A DNA stretch of 64,000 nt from an uncultured Thermoleophilia bacterium (GCA_963735345.1 CAVTKL010000009.1:6916-70915); one strand, 5' to 3'; counted from the stretch's first letter, positions 51,868 to 61,263 are shown. Numbers and translations: made by a program. The notes: a model not told the origin generated them from the letters alone.

Positions 51868-52764
51868 TCAGAGGATGCTTTCCAGGAGATGAAGACCTTC
51901 CTCGGCCAAGGCGCGCTTGCCGTCGCCGACCGCGTGGATGAGGCCCATCTCCTGCAGTATAACGAGTTCTCGGAACGCGGTCGCCGGGGCGACGCCGAGT
52001 TCTTTGGCGACGGCGGTGGGGCCAGCGGCGCCCAACTCCATGAGCAGGACCAGGACCTTCGTCTGTCGGGTCGAGAGCTTCACCTTGGGAGGCGACACGA
52101 GCGGCGCCAACTCGGCGGCGTGGGCCGGCATCTTGATCGTGAACACCGCGCCCCCGCCCAGGTTGTCCTCGACGGTGAGCACGCCGCGCAGGAACTGGAG
52201 CGACTCGCGCGCCACCGGTAGTCCCGACCCTACTCCACGGATGAGGTCGCGCTGCATGGCGGTCGCCGTGGTGAAGCCCGGCAGGAAGGCGCGCTCCTTG
52301 TCGTCGACGCCGGGGCCGTGGTCGGAGATACGGATCGTCTGGCCGTTGTCGAGGATAGTGATCACCACATCCTTGAAGTAGGCATGGAGGAGGTTCTCGA
52401 TGAGTTCCTGGAGGACGGTGAAGGGGATCTGACCGCCCTGCTCACGGCATTGGCTGTACGTCTTCTCCGCTAGAGAGGCGATGAGCGCCGGCAGGTCCTT
52501 CTCCTCGACGATCACGACCCGCGGCGGCGACGTGAGGGCATCGTAGATCGCGATACGGGGGGCGCCGCCGCCGGAGGGGACATCGGGAAGTCCGCGAGGT
52601 GCGGGCGATGGGTCAGTTGGTGTGTCGACAACGGGGACCGCGGCGCCTGCAGCCGGCTTCTCAGGCTGGATCGCGGCCTCCCTGTCGGCGAGCAGCCTGT
52701 CGAGGAAGGACTCCATAGGGGGCACGAGTATAGCAGAGCCGTTTGCCCGCACCGGAACCGTCAT
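51868..52764 (-). CDS. GHKL (HATPase_c) ATPase domain fused to a C-terminal winged-helix HTH; unknown N-terminal domain; origin-proximal, co-directional with dnaA
   Basis: 298 aa. Bergerat-fold N-box (ELIENLLHAYF), G1 (DHGPGVDD) and G2 (GVGSGLPV) motifs. C-terminal HTH LSTRQTKVLVLLMELGAAGPTAVAKELGVAPATAFRELVILQEMGLI. No kinase H-box. The N-terminal 120 aa have no recognisable family. Confidence 0.6.
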   Translation of the reverse strand: MTVPVRANGSAILVPPMESFLDRLLADREAAIQPEKPAAGAAVPVVDTPTDPSPAPRGLPDVPSGGGAPRIAIYDALTSPPRVVIVEEKDLPALIASLAEKTYSQCREQGGQIPFTVLQELIENLLHAYFKDVVITILDNGQTIRISDHGPGVDDKERAFLPGFTTATAMQRDLIRGVGSGLPVARESLQFLRGVLTVEDNLGGGAVFTIKMPAHAAELAPLVSPPKVKLSTRQTKVLVLLMELGAAGPTAVAKELGVAPATAFRELVILQEMGLIHAVGDGKRALAEEGLHLLESIL

Positions 52765-52805
52765 CGGGGCTCAAGAAACGCGGTTTTGCAGCCCGAACGG
52801 CAGAG

Positions 52806-53129
52806 TTGTCCACAGGGTGTTCACGAAGTGTGGAGAGTGTTCCCGCCACATGACGCGCGCCCTCCCGACGGACGCCTGTTGTGGAGAAGACGGTTTCAGT
52901 CCACTCCTCGTGGTAGACCGCCGGCCGTCTCGGAGCGAATCGATGGCGCCCGCGCTCAAGACGCCGACCGGCTTCGACGATCGCCTTGAAAAGACCTGTA
53001 AATCGGCATGTTCGACGGCGACATTCCGGGTCTTCGCCTCGGCGAACCGACGTCCAGTCGTCAACCCCTTATCCACGGCGATTGTGAGCCTGATAGCACG
53101 GCAAAGCGGTCTTATCCACATTCTCCACA
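52806..53129. promoter_or_regulatory. cluster of at least 6 DnaA-box 9-mers (second oriC module / DnaA autoregulatory region)
   Basis: TTGTCCACA at 52806-52814; rc TGTGGAGAG at 52829; rc TGTGGAGAA at 52880; TTATCCACG at 53069; perfect TTATCCACA at 53112-53120 directly abutting TTCTCCACA at 53121-53129. Confidence 0.6.
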
Positions 53130-53194
53130 GGGGAGTGCGAACGCCGGCCGAGGGCTCTGAAAAGCAGTCTCAGGCGCCGCGCTCGTGCGCTATA

Positions 53195-53328
53195 CTGGCT
53201 CTGTCCTGCGGAGCTCCTGGATGAGGAGCTGAGAAGGCGCTTCCTAGCGCCGACGCGTCGTACCTGACCACCGTCGAGGTGGCGGCGCCCTCTGGCGCTG
53301 CTGGGTAATGCCAGCGAAGGGAGAGATC
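53195..53328 (+). promoter_or_regulatory. TPP (thiamine pyrophosphate) riboswitch
   Basis: Contains the conserved GCTGAGA (53228) and ACCTGACC elements and the 3' pyrophosphate-sensing helix CTGGGTAATGCCAGCGAAGGGA directly upstream of thiT. The ATG inside this helix (53308) is the false start used by the ORF track. Confidence 0.8.
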
Positions 53329-53331
53329 GTC

Positions 53332-53958
53332 ATGACCCCCACACCCATCCCCCGCCCGGGCTCTGCGTCAGGAGCAGGCACCGCGATCGACGCGCGGGTG
53401 CGACTGAATCTCAACCCTGCCTACTGGGGCGTGCAGACCATGGCGGAGATGGGCATCGCGATCGCTCTCGCGGCGGTGCTGGGCCAGTTGCGGCTGTTCG
53501 TGATGCCGCAGGGCGGATCTGTGAGCCTTGAGTTGCTGCCGATCATCTTCGTCGCGGTGCGCCGAGGGGTCGTGCCGGGGCTCACCGCCGGACTCCTCTA
53601 CGGCTTGGTGCAACTCCTGCTGCCCGGAGCCTTCGTCTACCACCCGGTCCAGGCGGCGCTCGACTACCCTCTCGCCTTCGCCGCCCTCGCTCTGGCTGGT
53701 CTCGTGGTGGTGCGCGGGTGGCGCGGCTTGATCCTCGCGGTCGCTTTGGCGGTCGCCGGCCGCCTCGTGTTCCACGCGCTGTCGGGTCTGATCTTCTTCG
53801 CCGAGTACGCGCCTTCATGGGAGAGTCCCTGGTTGTACGCGATCACGTACAACCTGCTGTACCTGGTGCCGGAGGGGGTGCTGACTGTCCTTCTCCTCTG
53901 GCCGCTGCTGAAGGCGTACGACGCGGCCTTCCCGGGGCGCCGGCGGGGGGCGAGGTGA
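53332..53958 (+). CDS. thiT: thiamine transporter ThiT (ECF-type S component, YuaJ family)
   Basis: Start at the second ATG (MTPTPIP). Signature GQLRLFVMPQGGSVSLELLPIIF and 6 TM helices. Confidence 0.8.
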   Translation: MTPTPIPRPGSASGAGTAIDARVRLNLNPAYWGVQTMAEMGIAIALAAVLGQLRLFVMPQGGSVSLELLPIIFVAVRRGVVPGLTAGLLYGLVQLLLPGAFVYHPVQAALDYPLAFAALALAGLVVVRGWRGLILAVALAVAGRLVFHALSGLIFFAEYAPSWESPWLYAITYNLLYLVPEGVLTVLLLWPLLKAYDAAFPGRRRGAR

Positions 53959-54671
53959 GACTCGAGCCGGCGGCGCCGCGGGCGCTCTGTGCGCCGGCGG
54001 CCGTCGTGTTCCTCGCCGGCGCCTATGAGGAGGCGGATTACTACGCTGCCTGGGCGGCAGACGCCGATCTGGTCGTCGCGGCGGACGGCGCGGCGGCCTT
54101 CCTCGTGGAGCAAGGCATCCGTCCAGATGTGGTGATCGGCGACCTGGACTCGCTGCCGGGGGTGACGTGCGCGAGGTTGGTGGGCGACGGCGTCGAGGTC
54201 GTGCGCCATCCGGTCCGCAAGAACGAGACCGACGGCGAGCTGGCCGTCGCCGAGGCGCTGCGCCGCGGCGCCGCCGAGGTGCTCCTGGCAGGCGCCCTCG
54301 GCGCCCTCGACCACACGCTGGGTCACCTCGCCATCCTTCGCAAGTTGGCGGCGGCCGGGGTCGCGGCGCGCCTGGTCTCGCCCCAGTTGACCGTCCGCGT
54401 GTTCGTGGCGCCCACGGAGAGCCGACTCGACGCGGCGCCCCCGACGAGGGTGTCCCTTGTGGCGCTTGGAGGTGACGCCCAGGTCACACTGGAGGGCTTC
54501 GACTACCCTCTCGTGAGGCAGACTCTGCCTTGGGACACATGTCTTGGCCTCGGTAACGCGGTTGCCCTGTCGCTGCCGAGCATCGTGGTGCATGAGGGGA
54601 CTGTCGCAGTCCTCGTGGCCTCCGGGGAGGAGGCCTTTGGCGCGAGGCCGACTGGTCTTGTCTCCGGGTGA
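53955..54671 (+). CDS. thiN: thiamine pyrophosphokinase
   Basis: GTG start forming a GTGA overlap with thiT. TPK motifs VVIGDLDSL and KNETDGELA. Confidence 0.75.
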   Translation: MRLEPAAPRALCAPAAVVFLAGAYEEADYYAAWAADADLVVAADGAAAFLVEQGIRPDVVIGDLDSLPGVTCARLVGDGVEVVRHPVRKNETDGELAVAEALRRGAAEVLLAGALGALDHTLGHLAILRKLAAAGVAARLVSPQLTVRVFVAPTESRLDAAPPTRVSLVALGGDAQVTLEGFDYPLVRQTLPWDTCLGLGNAVALSLPSIVVHEGTVAVLVASGEEAFGARPTGLVSG

Positions 54672-55066
54672 AGCGCGGCGCCCGGACATGGCGTGCCGCG
54701 GCCGCGGCTTGGGCGCTGCTGATCGTGGTGTTCGGCGTCATACCCACTCAGCAGATCGTGAGTGCAGCGGCTCCTGACCACGAGATCGCGTCGACGCTGG
54801 CGGGTCATTTCATGGAGTACTTCGTTCTCGCCGTCCTCATCTCGGCGGCGGGGACGGGTCGTTCTGGGCGGATGCCGGGTGCGGCCGTGACGTTGACACT
54901 CGCGGTGGGCCTGGGCGCGATGATCGAACTGGCGCAGGCGTTCCTGCCGTACCGGGACTGTCAGGCCATCGATGTGCTCGTCAACGCCGCCGGCGCAGCC
55001 TGCGGCGTCGCTGTGTTCAGCGCTGTATCGAAGGTACTGGGGCGTCGACGATCGCGGCGTTCATGA
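54668..55066 (+). CDS. VanZ-like family membrane protein
   Basis: 132 aa, 4 TM helices. C-terminal ELAQAFLPYRDCQAIDVLVNAAGAACG resembles the VanZ motif. GTGA overlap with thiN. Confidence 0.55.
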   Translation: MKRGARTWRAAAAAWALLIVVFGVIPTQQIVSAAAPDHEIASTLAGHFMEYFVLAVLISAAGTGRSGRMPGAAVTLTLAVGLGAMIELAQAFLPYRDCQAIDVLVNAAGAACGVAVFSAVSKVLGRRRSRRS

Positions 55067-55319
55067 TGCTGGCCGCGACATCCTCAGAAGGGACGTCGTA
55101 CACTGACTTCTCGACCAGGTCCTTGAGGGCTGAGACGCGACAGGCCCGCACCTTGACCACCGGCGCATCAAGCTGCGCCCGTACGCGCTGTCTCTGAGCG
55201 TTCATGTGTCGTCCCTCCTTTCGCGCCTTGCATCGTCTTCAGGCGAGGAATCGGCGGAAGAAGGGGCGAAGTTGACAAGGATGCGTAGGCAGAAGAGGCT
55301 CCACCAAAGGAGAAAGCCC

Positions 55320-56573
55320 GTGACTGACATCAACGAAGCCCTCGACTTTGTGCTCGACTCCATAAGGCCCCTCCCGGCGGAGGAGGTGCCGCTGCTCGAG
55401 GCGTTGGGGCGTGCCACGGCCAGCGCGATCGTCTCTACTGAGCCGGTCCCATCTTTCGACAACTCGGCGATGGACGGCTACGCGGTCCGCGGTGCGGAGC
55501 TCGAAGCCGGCCGCCGGGAGTTTCGCGTGGTCGTCGACATCCCAGCCGGCCGCTGGGTCGGCGAGGCCGTCGGCGAGGGCGCCGCGGCGAAGATCATGAC
55601 GGGCGCGCCTGTCCCTCCGGGCGTCGACACGGTCGTCCCGGTCGAGCTCACAGAGCAGACCGGCGACCGGCTGATCGTCCACAAGAGCGTGCCGGCGGGA
55701 GCAAACGTGCGCCGCGCCGCCGAGGACATCGCCCCCGGCGATGTCCTCCTTGAGCGCGGCGCACTTCTGGCTCCCGCCGACATCGGCCTCCTGGCGTCCG
55801 TGGGCCAGAGGTCTGTGCTGGTGACGCGCCGGCCGCGCGTTGCCATCTTGGCCACAGGGAGTGAACTGGTGCCTCTCGGCCAGCCTCTCGGCCCAGGCCA
55901 GATCCGCAACTCGAACTCGGCGACCGCCTATGGGCAGGTGCTCGCCGCCGCCGGCGATCCGCTCCTGCTGGGCATCGCCCCCGACGATCTCACCGCGACG
56001 AGACGACTCATCGGCGCGGCGCTCGACCAAGACGTCGTCATCACGTCTGGGGGCGTCTCGGTGGGTGAGTACGACTTCGTGAAGCAGGTCCAGGACGAGC
56101 TCGGCGTCGAACGCCGATTCTGGGGCGTGACGATGAAACCGGGCAAGCCGTTGACGTTCGGCACGCGCGGCGACACCTTGGTGTTCGGTGTGCCCGGCAA
56201 TCCCGTGGCGGCCATGGTGTGTTTTGAGCTCTACATTCGGCCGGCCCTGCTGGCCCTGCAAGGGCGGCAGGATCTCTACCGTCCGTACGTGTACGCCGCG
56301 GCAGAGGAACCCATGAAGGCGAGCCGGCGGCGCACCGAATTGCGCCGCTGCCGACTGGTGCACCGTCGGCGGGGCTGGGGCTGCACGACGACGGGGCCAC
56401 AGGGCTCGGGCATCCTGCGCTCCATGGCCCAGGCTGACGGCCTCGTCGTGGTGCCCCCCGAGCATGCGAAGGTCGCGCCGGGGGAGGAGTTCCTGGTGAT
56501 GCTGCTCGATGGGCGGGCTGTGGAGCGCCCGCCCTTCCCAGGGGGAGGCGCGCCGGCTTCATCGGGTGATTGA
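55320..56573 (+). CDS. moeA: molybdopterin molybdenumtransferase MoeA
   Basis: GTG start 8 nt after AAAGGAG. PSFDNSAMDGYAV motif and GGVSVG in the MoCF biosynthesis domain. Confidence 0.85.
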   Translation: MTDINEALDFVLDSIRPLPAEEVPLLEALGRATASAIVSTEPVPSFDNSAMDGYAVRGAELEAGRREFRVVVDIPAGRWVGEAVGEGAAAKIMTGAPVPPGVDTVVPVELTEQTGDRLIVHKSVPAGANVRRAAEDIAPGDVLLERGALLAPADIGLLASVGQRSVLVTRRPRVAILATGSELVPLGQPLGPGQIRNSNSATAYGQVLAAAGDPLLLGIAPDDLTATRRLIGAALDQDVVITSGGVSVGEYDFVKQVQDELGVERRFWGVTMKPGKPLTFGTRGDTLVFGVPGNPVAAMVCFELYIRPALLALQGRQDLYRPYVYAAAEEPMKASRRRTELRRCRLVHRRRGWGCTTTGPQGSGILRSMAQADGLVVVPPEHAKVAPGEEFLVMLLDGRAVERPPFPGGGAPASSGD

Positions 56574-57341
56574 GCTCGCCTTGACGCGAGGGGTCAAGGC
56601 TTCCAGAGAGCCCCAGACGACCAGCCTGTGGCTGGCGCTGTACGGCGGCGTGCAGGTGGTGAGCACCAGCGCGTAGCCGCGATCGAGGAGGACGCTGACG
56701 TCGGTCGGCCTCACCACGGTCTTCTTGACCACGGAGTAGCGGAACCGTGCGTAGGGCGTGTCGACCAGGATCTTGTCGCCGGGCTTGAGCTCATCGAGTT
56801 TGGCGAACGGCGCTCCGTAGGTGGTCCGATGGCCGGCGACGGCGAAGGGCTCCCCGGCCCCCGGCAAGGGCGTTACAGCGTAGTGCACGGGTCCGTTGCG
56901 CAGCAGGGCGCGATCGCCGTCGGGATCGATCGCCGTCGGACCGCTCACTCCCTGCTGGATCAGACGGTCGAGGGAGATGCGCGGGATCTTCAGGCGGCCG
57001 ATCGCGTCGCCTCTTTCGAGGCCATGGCCATAGGCCACCGCCAGGCGGCGCACGATCTCGCCTTCAGGGACCGTCCGGGTATCGCCCCCCCCGGCGTGCG
57101 CCGTGACACCCGCGAAGCGGCTGCTCGAGTCCTGATAGGCGGCATCAAGCCGACCCTGCTGAACCTGGGCGTAGCCGGCCGACCAGAACGGATATGCGAG
57201 GATGAGGCCGCCGGCGATGAGCAGGATGTCGCCGAGCCGACGCATCTGTCTGCCGGGCGACGCGCTGCGCGCCGGGTCTCCGGCGGGCGCTGATGGCGTC
57301 GCCTGTCCGCTCGTTGCCGACCGTCGCCGTCGAGGCATCAT
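56559..57341 (-). CDS. class E sortase (transpeptidase)
   Basis: N-terminal TM anchor. Catalytic TLxTC motif LVLTTCTP, plus His and Arg. Start uncertain: Met at 57341 or 57245. Confidence 0.7.
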   Translation of the reverse strand: MMPRRRRSATSGQATPSAPAGDPARSASPGRQMRRLGDILLIAGGLILAYPFWSAGYAQVQQGRLDAAYQDSSSRFAGVTAHAGGGDTRTVPEGEIVRRLAVAYGHGLERGDAIGRLKIPRISLDRLIQQGVSGPTAIDPDGDRALLRNGPVHYAVTPLPGAGEPFAVAGHRTTYGAPFAKLDELKPGDKILVDTPYARFRYSVVKKTVVRPTDVSVLLDRGYALVLTTCTPPYSASHRLVVWGSLEALTPRVKASSITR

Positions 57342-57430
57342 CCTGCCATGGTACTCAAGCCGGTCGACGACCGCCAACTTGCCGCGGCGCGAGGGTGTGC
57401 GCGCGGGCGGCGTGCTGTACTGTGGCGGCC

Positions 57431-58811
57431 ATGACGCTGACACGGACTCACGCCATGGGCACGGCTGCACGCCTGGCCGTGCTTGCTCCCGAGGAGATGC
57501 AACGGCTGGACGCCGCCGCCCTCGAGGTGCTGGAGGAGGTCGGCGTCGCCATTCCTTCGGAGCGCGCCCTCTCGGCCCTGGCCGGCGCCGGGGCGGACAT
57601 CGACGGCGACGCCGTCAGGTTCCCGCCCGAACTGGTCCGGCGGCTCGTGGCGCTGGCGCCCTCGCGACTCACGCTGGGGGCGAGAGCGGCCGCCCCCCTC
57701 GTGACCGGCGAGCGGGCGTTGGTGACCACGGACGGCTGCTGCGTCGAGATCTACGATCTGGAGAGCGGCGTGAAGCGGCGCACCGTCGCGCGCGATGTGG
57801 CGCAGATCGCCCACGTCGTCGACGGCATGCCGGAGATCGACTTCTGCTGGCCCTCGGTCAGCGCGCACGATCGACCTGTCGAGAGGCGCGGGCTTCATGA
57901 GCTGTATCTCGCTCTCGCGAACACGGGCAAACACGTGCAGACCGTCACCGTCGTCGAGCCGGGGCTCGCGGAGGTCGCTGTGCGCATGGCGCGAGTCGTG
58001 GCGGGAAGCGATGCTCGTCTACGTCACGGGTCTCCTGTCAGCGCTCTTCTCGGGACGGTGACGCCTCTGGGCAGCGACCCCGGGACCCTCGAGGCCGGCC
58101 TGGTCTTCGCCGGGGCTGGTGTCCCCGTCGGCTTCGTGACCATGCCGATGGGCGGGTCCACGACCCCCATCACCATGGCGGGCTCCCTGGTGGTCGGTAT
58201 CGCCGAGGCGCTCAGCAGTGTCTGCGTGATCCAGGCTGTCTTCCCCGGCGCGCCCGTCTTCATCTGTTTCATCCCCAGCCTCATGGACCTCAAGACCGGC
58301 GACTTCACCGGCGGCGCCCCTGAGGATACGATCATGGGCGCCGCCGTGGCGGACGTGGGCGTCTACTACGGACTGCCCACGCAGTGCGGCATCAACTCCT
58401 CGGGCGCCAAGCTGCCGGGCTGGCAGTCCGCTCTCGACGACGCAACGACGACCTTTCTGTCGGTGGCCTGCGGCGTCGACATGCTCGCCGGCGTCGGCAT
58501 GGTCTCGGGGGGTCGCATCTTCAGCTACGAGGAGATGGCCCTGGCCGTCGAGACTCTCACGCAGGCGCGCGCTGTCGCCGCGGGCATCGATCTCAGCGCT
58601 CTCGACGGACCGTCGGCTGTGGTGCATGAAGCGCCTGCGGATCTTCCGTCCCTCACGTCGGGGACAGTCCCCAGTTCTTTCGGTGGACCGCGCACGCGAG
58701 CGCGTACGGGCGATCCTCGCGGGGCATCGCCCGCCGGCCCTTGCGCCGTCCGTCGACACTGAGCTGCGCCGGCTCGTGGGCAGCGAGCGGGGCGCCTCCT
58801 TCGCGGACTAG
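57431..58811 (+). pseudogene. MttB-superfamily (trimethylamine-type / non-pyrrolysine quaternary-amine) corrinoid methyltransferase, disrupted by a +1 frameshift near 58620-58640
   Basis: N-terminus MTLTRTHAMGTAARLAVLAPEEMQRLDAAALEVLEEVGV fits the family. The body runs in frame 57431 up to about 58620. The family C-terminus (...DRARERVRAILAGHRPPALAPSVDTELRRLV) is encoded in the +1 frame (track ORF 58626-58811). The total span is not a multiple of 3. Confidence 0.55.
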
Positions 58812-59011
58812 CGCCGCCCAGCGACGGGACAACAGCCTGCGCGTCGGGGCATTTGTGCTTGTCTTTTGTGGCTCGTGCTGTATAAAAGGGCATCGGATCC
58901 CTCCGCGTGAGCGCCGTCGGGGCACTTGTTCGCTCACGCCGGGGCAGGCTCGGGCGCGTCTTGTCGCGCCTCTGGGGCATGCCGGTGCCAATCAGCCCGA
59001 AAGGATGGAGT

Positions 59012-59914
59012 ATGAGAAAGAGCAGGACCTATATCGTGGCGGCGGCACTCGTCGTCGCGATCCTGGCGGTCATGGCGATCGCCGTCGGCTGCGGGGGGAG
59101 CGACACCCCAGCGGCGGACGAGAGCAGCCCGGCTGCGGGCGGGCTGGATGGCAGCGCCGCCCAGCGTGCCGAGGAGATTCTCGGGCACGCGCCGACAGGC
59201 AAGGCCAAGGAGGTCATCGACAAGGGTACGATGACGGTCAACAACGACCCCAAGTATCCGCCGCAGAGTTCCATCGACGAGGCGACGGGTGACCTCGTGG
59301 GCTTCGACGTGGATGTTGCCAAGAAGGTCGGCGAGCTTCTCGGTCTCCAGGTCGAGTTCACTGACCATCCCTTCGATACGATCCTCACCGATGTCAACCA
59401 GGACCGCTACGACGTGTCGATCGGCTCCATGACGATCACCAAGGAGCGCCTGGCGAAGGTGGACATGACGGAACCGTATTACTTCACCCCAGCGGGTATC
59501 GTGGTGAAGGAAGGCGGGACGCAGATCACCGGCGTGGAGGATCTCGCCGGCAAGAAGGTCGGCGTCGGCGCCGGCACCACGTACCTCACGTGGTTGCAGG
59601 ACAACAGCGACGCGAAGGTCGTGATCTACGATACCGATGCGTCCATGTTCCCGGACTTGGCCAAGGGGAGCCGCATCGACTTCGGGTTCACCGCGGTCCC
59701 CACTTCGATCGAAGCGATCAGGCAGGGCCAGCCGTTCGAGCTCTCCGGAGATCCGCTTTACTACGAGGATCTGGCGTTCGCGAGCAAGAAGGGTGAGGCC
59801 GACTGGCTCGCTCTCCTCAACTACACCGTGAAGACCATGCACGACGACGGATCGCTCACCGACATGAGCGAGGTCTGGTATGCGGGCGTCGATCTCACGC
59901 GGAAGGCGCAGTAG
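59012..59914 (+). CDS. ABC transporter substrate-binding lipoprotein, polar amino-acid (family 3) type
   Basis: ATG 59012 after AAGGATGGAG. Lipobox AVGCGGS. PBPb fold motifs (DVSIGSMTITKERLAKVDMTEPYY). Confidence 0.85.
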   Translation: MRKSRTYIVAAALVVAILAVMAIAVGCGGSDTPAADESSPAAGGLDGSAAQRAEEILGHAPTGKAKEVIDKGTMTVNNDPKYPPQSSIDEATGDLVGFDVDVAKKVGELLGLQVEFTDHPFDTILTDVNQDRYDVSIGSMTITKERLAKVDMTEPYYFTPAGIVVKEGGTQITGVEDLAGKKVGVGAGTTYLTWLQDNSDAKVVIYDTDASMFPDLAKGSRIDFGFTAVPTSIEAIRQGQPFELSGDPLYYEDLAFASKKGEADWLALLNYTVKTMHDDGSLTDMSEVWYAGVDLTRKAQ

Positions 59915-60024
59915 AAGATCCGCAGCTGGTCCGTCCGCGTACTCCGCGGACCCGCATTCTGCTTGACCCCGGCGGGGGTCTGAGTATACTCAGGCCCCCG
60001 CCGTGTCACCTCGACGAGAGGTCA

Positions 60025-61263
60025 GTGCCCGTGCAGACGAGACGCTGGTGCACACGAGTCACCCTTCTTGCGGTCGCCGTCGCCCTTGTGGCGGTCCTCT
60101 TTGCGTCTTCTGCCGCCGCGGCCTCGCCGTCGCCGTCGCCGTCGCCTGCGCCGCAGGGCACGCCCGAGGTCACCGGCACCATCCCCAACCCGAAGGATCC
60201 CAAGGGCCAGAAGGGCTGGACAGGCCGGTCGGTCATCGTCAACTACAAGCCCAACGGGGCTGAGGTAGACGCCGCCAGCTGCAAGCTCTTCGTCGACGGC
60301 ACGGAGCAGGAACTCAGCCAGCCGCCCAGACAACTCCCCACCGGCTCGGCCGTGACGCAGTCGATCGAGTTTCGTTGGCTGGAGGCATATCCCGAGGGCG
60401 ACTACAAGTTCCGCGTGGTGCTCGTGACGACCGCCGGCGAGGAGGTCGAGTATACGTGGAACTTCGGCTCGACGGGCGAGGCGGGTTCCGGGGCGCTGAT
60501 CGACTTCAAGGTGATGCGCGACTGGTTCTGGTTCATCGCCCGAGGCGCGGTCGTCACGGTGGAGTTGACGATCATCTCGATCGTGTTGGCCTCCGTGTTC
60601 GCTCTTTTCGGGTCCCTGGGGAGACTCTCCAAGAAGATGAGCTTCAAGCAGGCGTGGGATCGTTACCAGAGCTGGGGCTACATGGCCCGGATGGTCATCG
60701 GCCGCATCCCGTACTGGGTGGCGACGTTCTACACCTCCCTCTTCCGCGGGACCCCGCTGCTCCTGCAGATCGTCGCCATCTACTCGGTCATCCCGGAGGT
60801 GATCGACAGGTTCGGACTGCCGCAGTCGTACGCTCCGTCGGCGTTCTGGTGCGGCGTCGCCGCCCTCTCGCTCAACTACGGCGCCTACCTCAGCGAGGTC
60901 TTCCGCGCCGGGATCCAGGCAGTGCCCAAGGGCCAGCACGAGGCCGCCTGGGCGATCGGCCTGAGCGGATGGCAGACGCAGCGGCGTGTCGTCCTGCCGC
61001 AGGCGTTCAAGATCGTGTTGCCGGCGGTCGGCAACGACTTCATCGCGCTCATCAAGGACACCTCGCTGGTGTCGGTCATCACCATCCAGGAACTGCTGCG
61101 CCGCTCGCAGCTTGCAGGGGCCGCCACCTTCAGTTTCTTCAGTACGCTGCTTGTGGCGGCCGCCTTCTACTGGGCCCTGACGATCTTCTTCAGTTTCTGG
61201 CAGGCCAAGCTCGAGACGCGCATGGCGCGCGACAAGGCGAGAGAGAAAGAAAAGGCGCGCTGA
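60025..61263 (+). CDS. amino-acid ABC transporter permease (HisM/GlnP type) carrying an unusual ~170-aa N-terminal secreted domain
   Basis: C-terminal 5-TM permease core with EAA-like loop ([21 protein letters not shown]). Preceded by a signal peptide, a PSPSPSPAP linker and a ~130-aa domain of unknown fold ([22 protein letters not shown]...[21 protein letters not shown]). Confidence 0.8.
   Translation: MPVQTRRWCTRVTLLAVAVALVAVLFASSAAAASPSPSPSPAPQGTPEVTGTIPNPKDPKGQKGWTGRSVIVNYKPNGAEVDAASCKLFVDGTEQELSQPPRQLPTGSAVTQSIEFRWLEAYPEGDYKFRVVLVTTAGEEVEYTWNFGSTGEAGSGALIDFKVMRDWFWFIARGAVVTVELTIISIVLASVFALFGSLGRLSKKMSFKQAWDRYQSWGYMARMVIGRIPYWVATFYTSLFRGTPLLLQIVAIYSVIPEVIDRFGLPQSYAPSAFWCGVAALSLNYGAYLSEVFRAGIQAVPKGQHEAAWAIGLSGWQTQRRVVLPQAFKIVLPAVGNDFIALIKDTSLVSVITIQELLRRSQLAGAATFSFFSTLLVAAAFYWALTIFFSFWQAKLETRMARDKAREKEKAR

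Noticed and set aside
53308-53331. First ATG of the thiT track ORF
   Set aside because: It is part of the conserved TPP riboswitch helix (TAATGCCAGCGAAGGGA). The second ATG at 53332 gives the expected ThiT N-terminus.
55017-55205. 62-aa minus-strand ORF between vanZ and moeA
   Set aside because: Overlaps the vanZ 3' end by 50 nt. No motifs. Lies in a probable structured leader region.
60100-60160. [11 protein letters not shown]-encoding tandem repeat as a possible CRISPR/VNTR element
   Set aside because: A short Pro-Ser linker inside a coding sequence. No direct repeats with spacers anywhere in the window.
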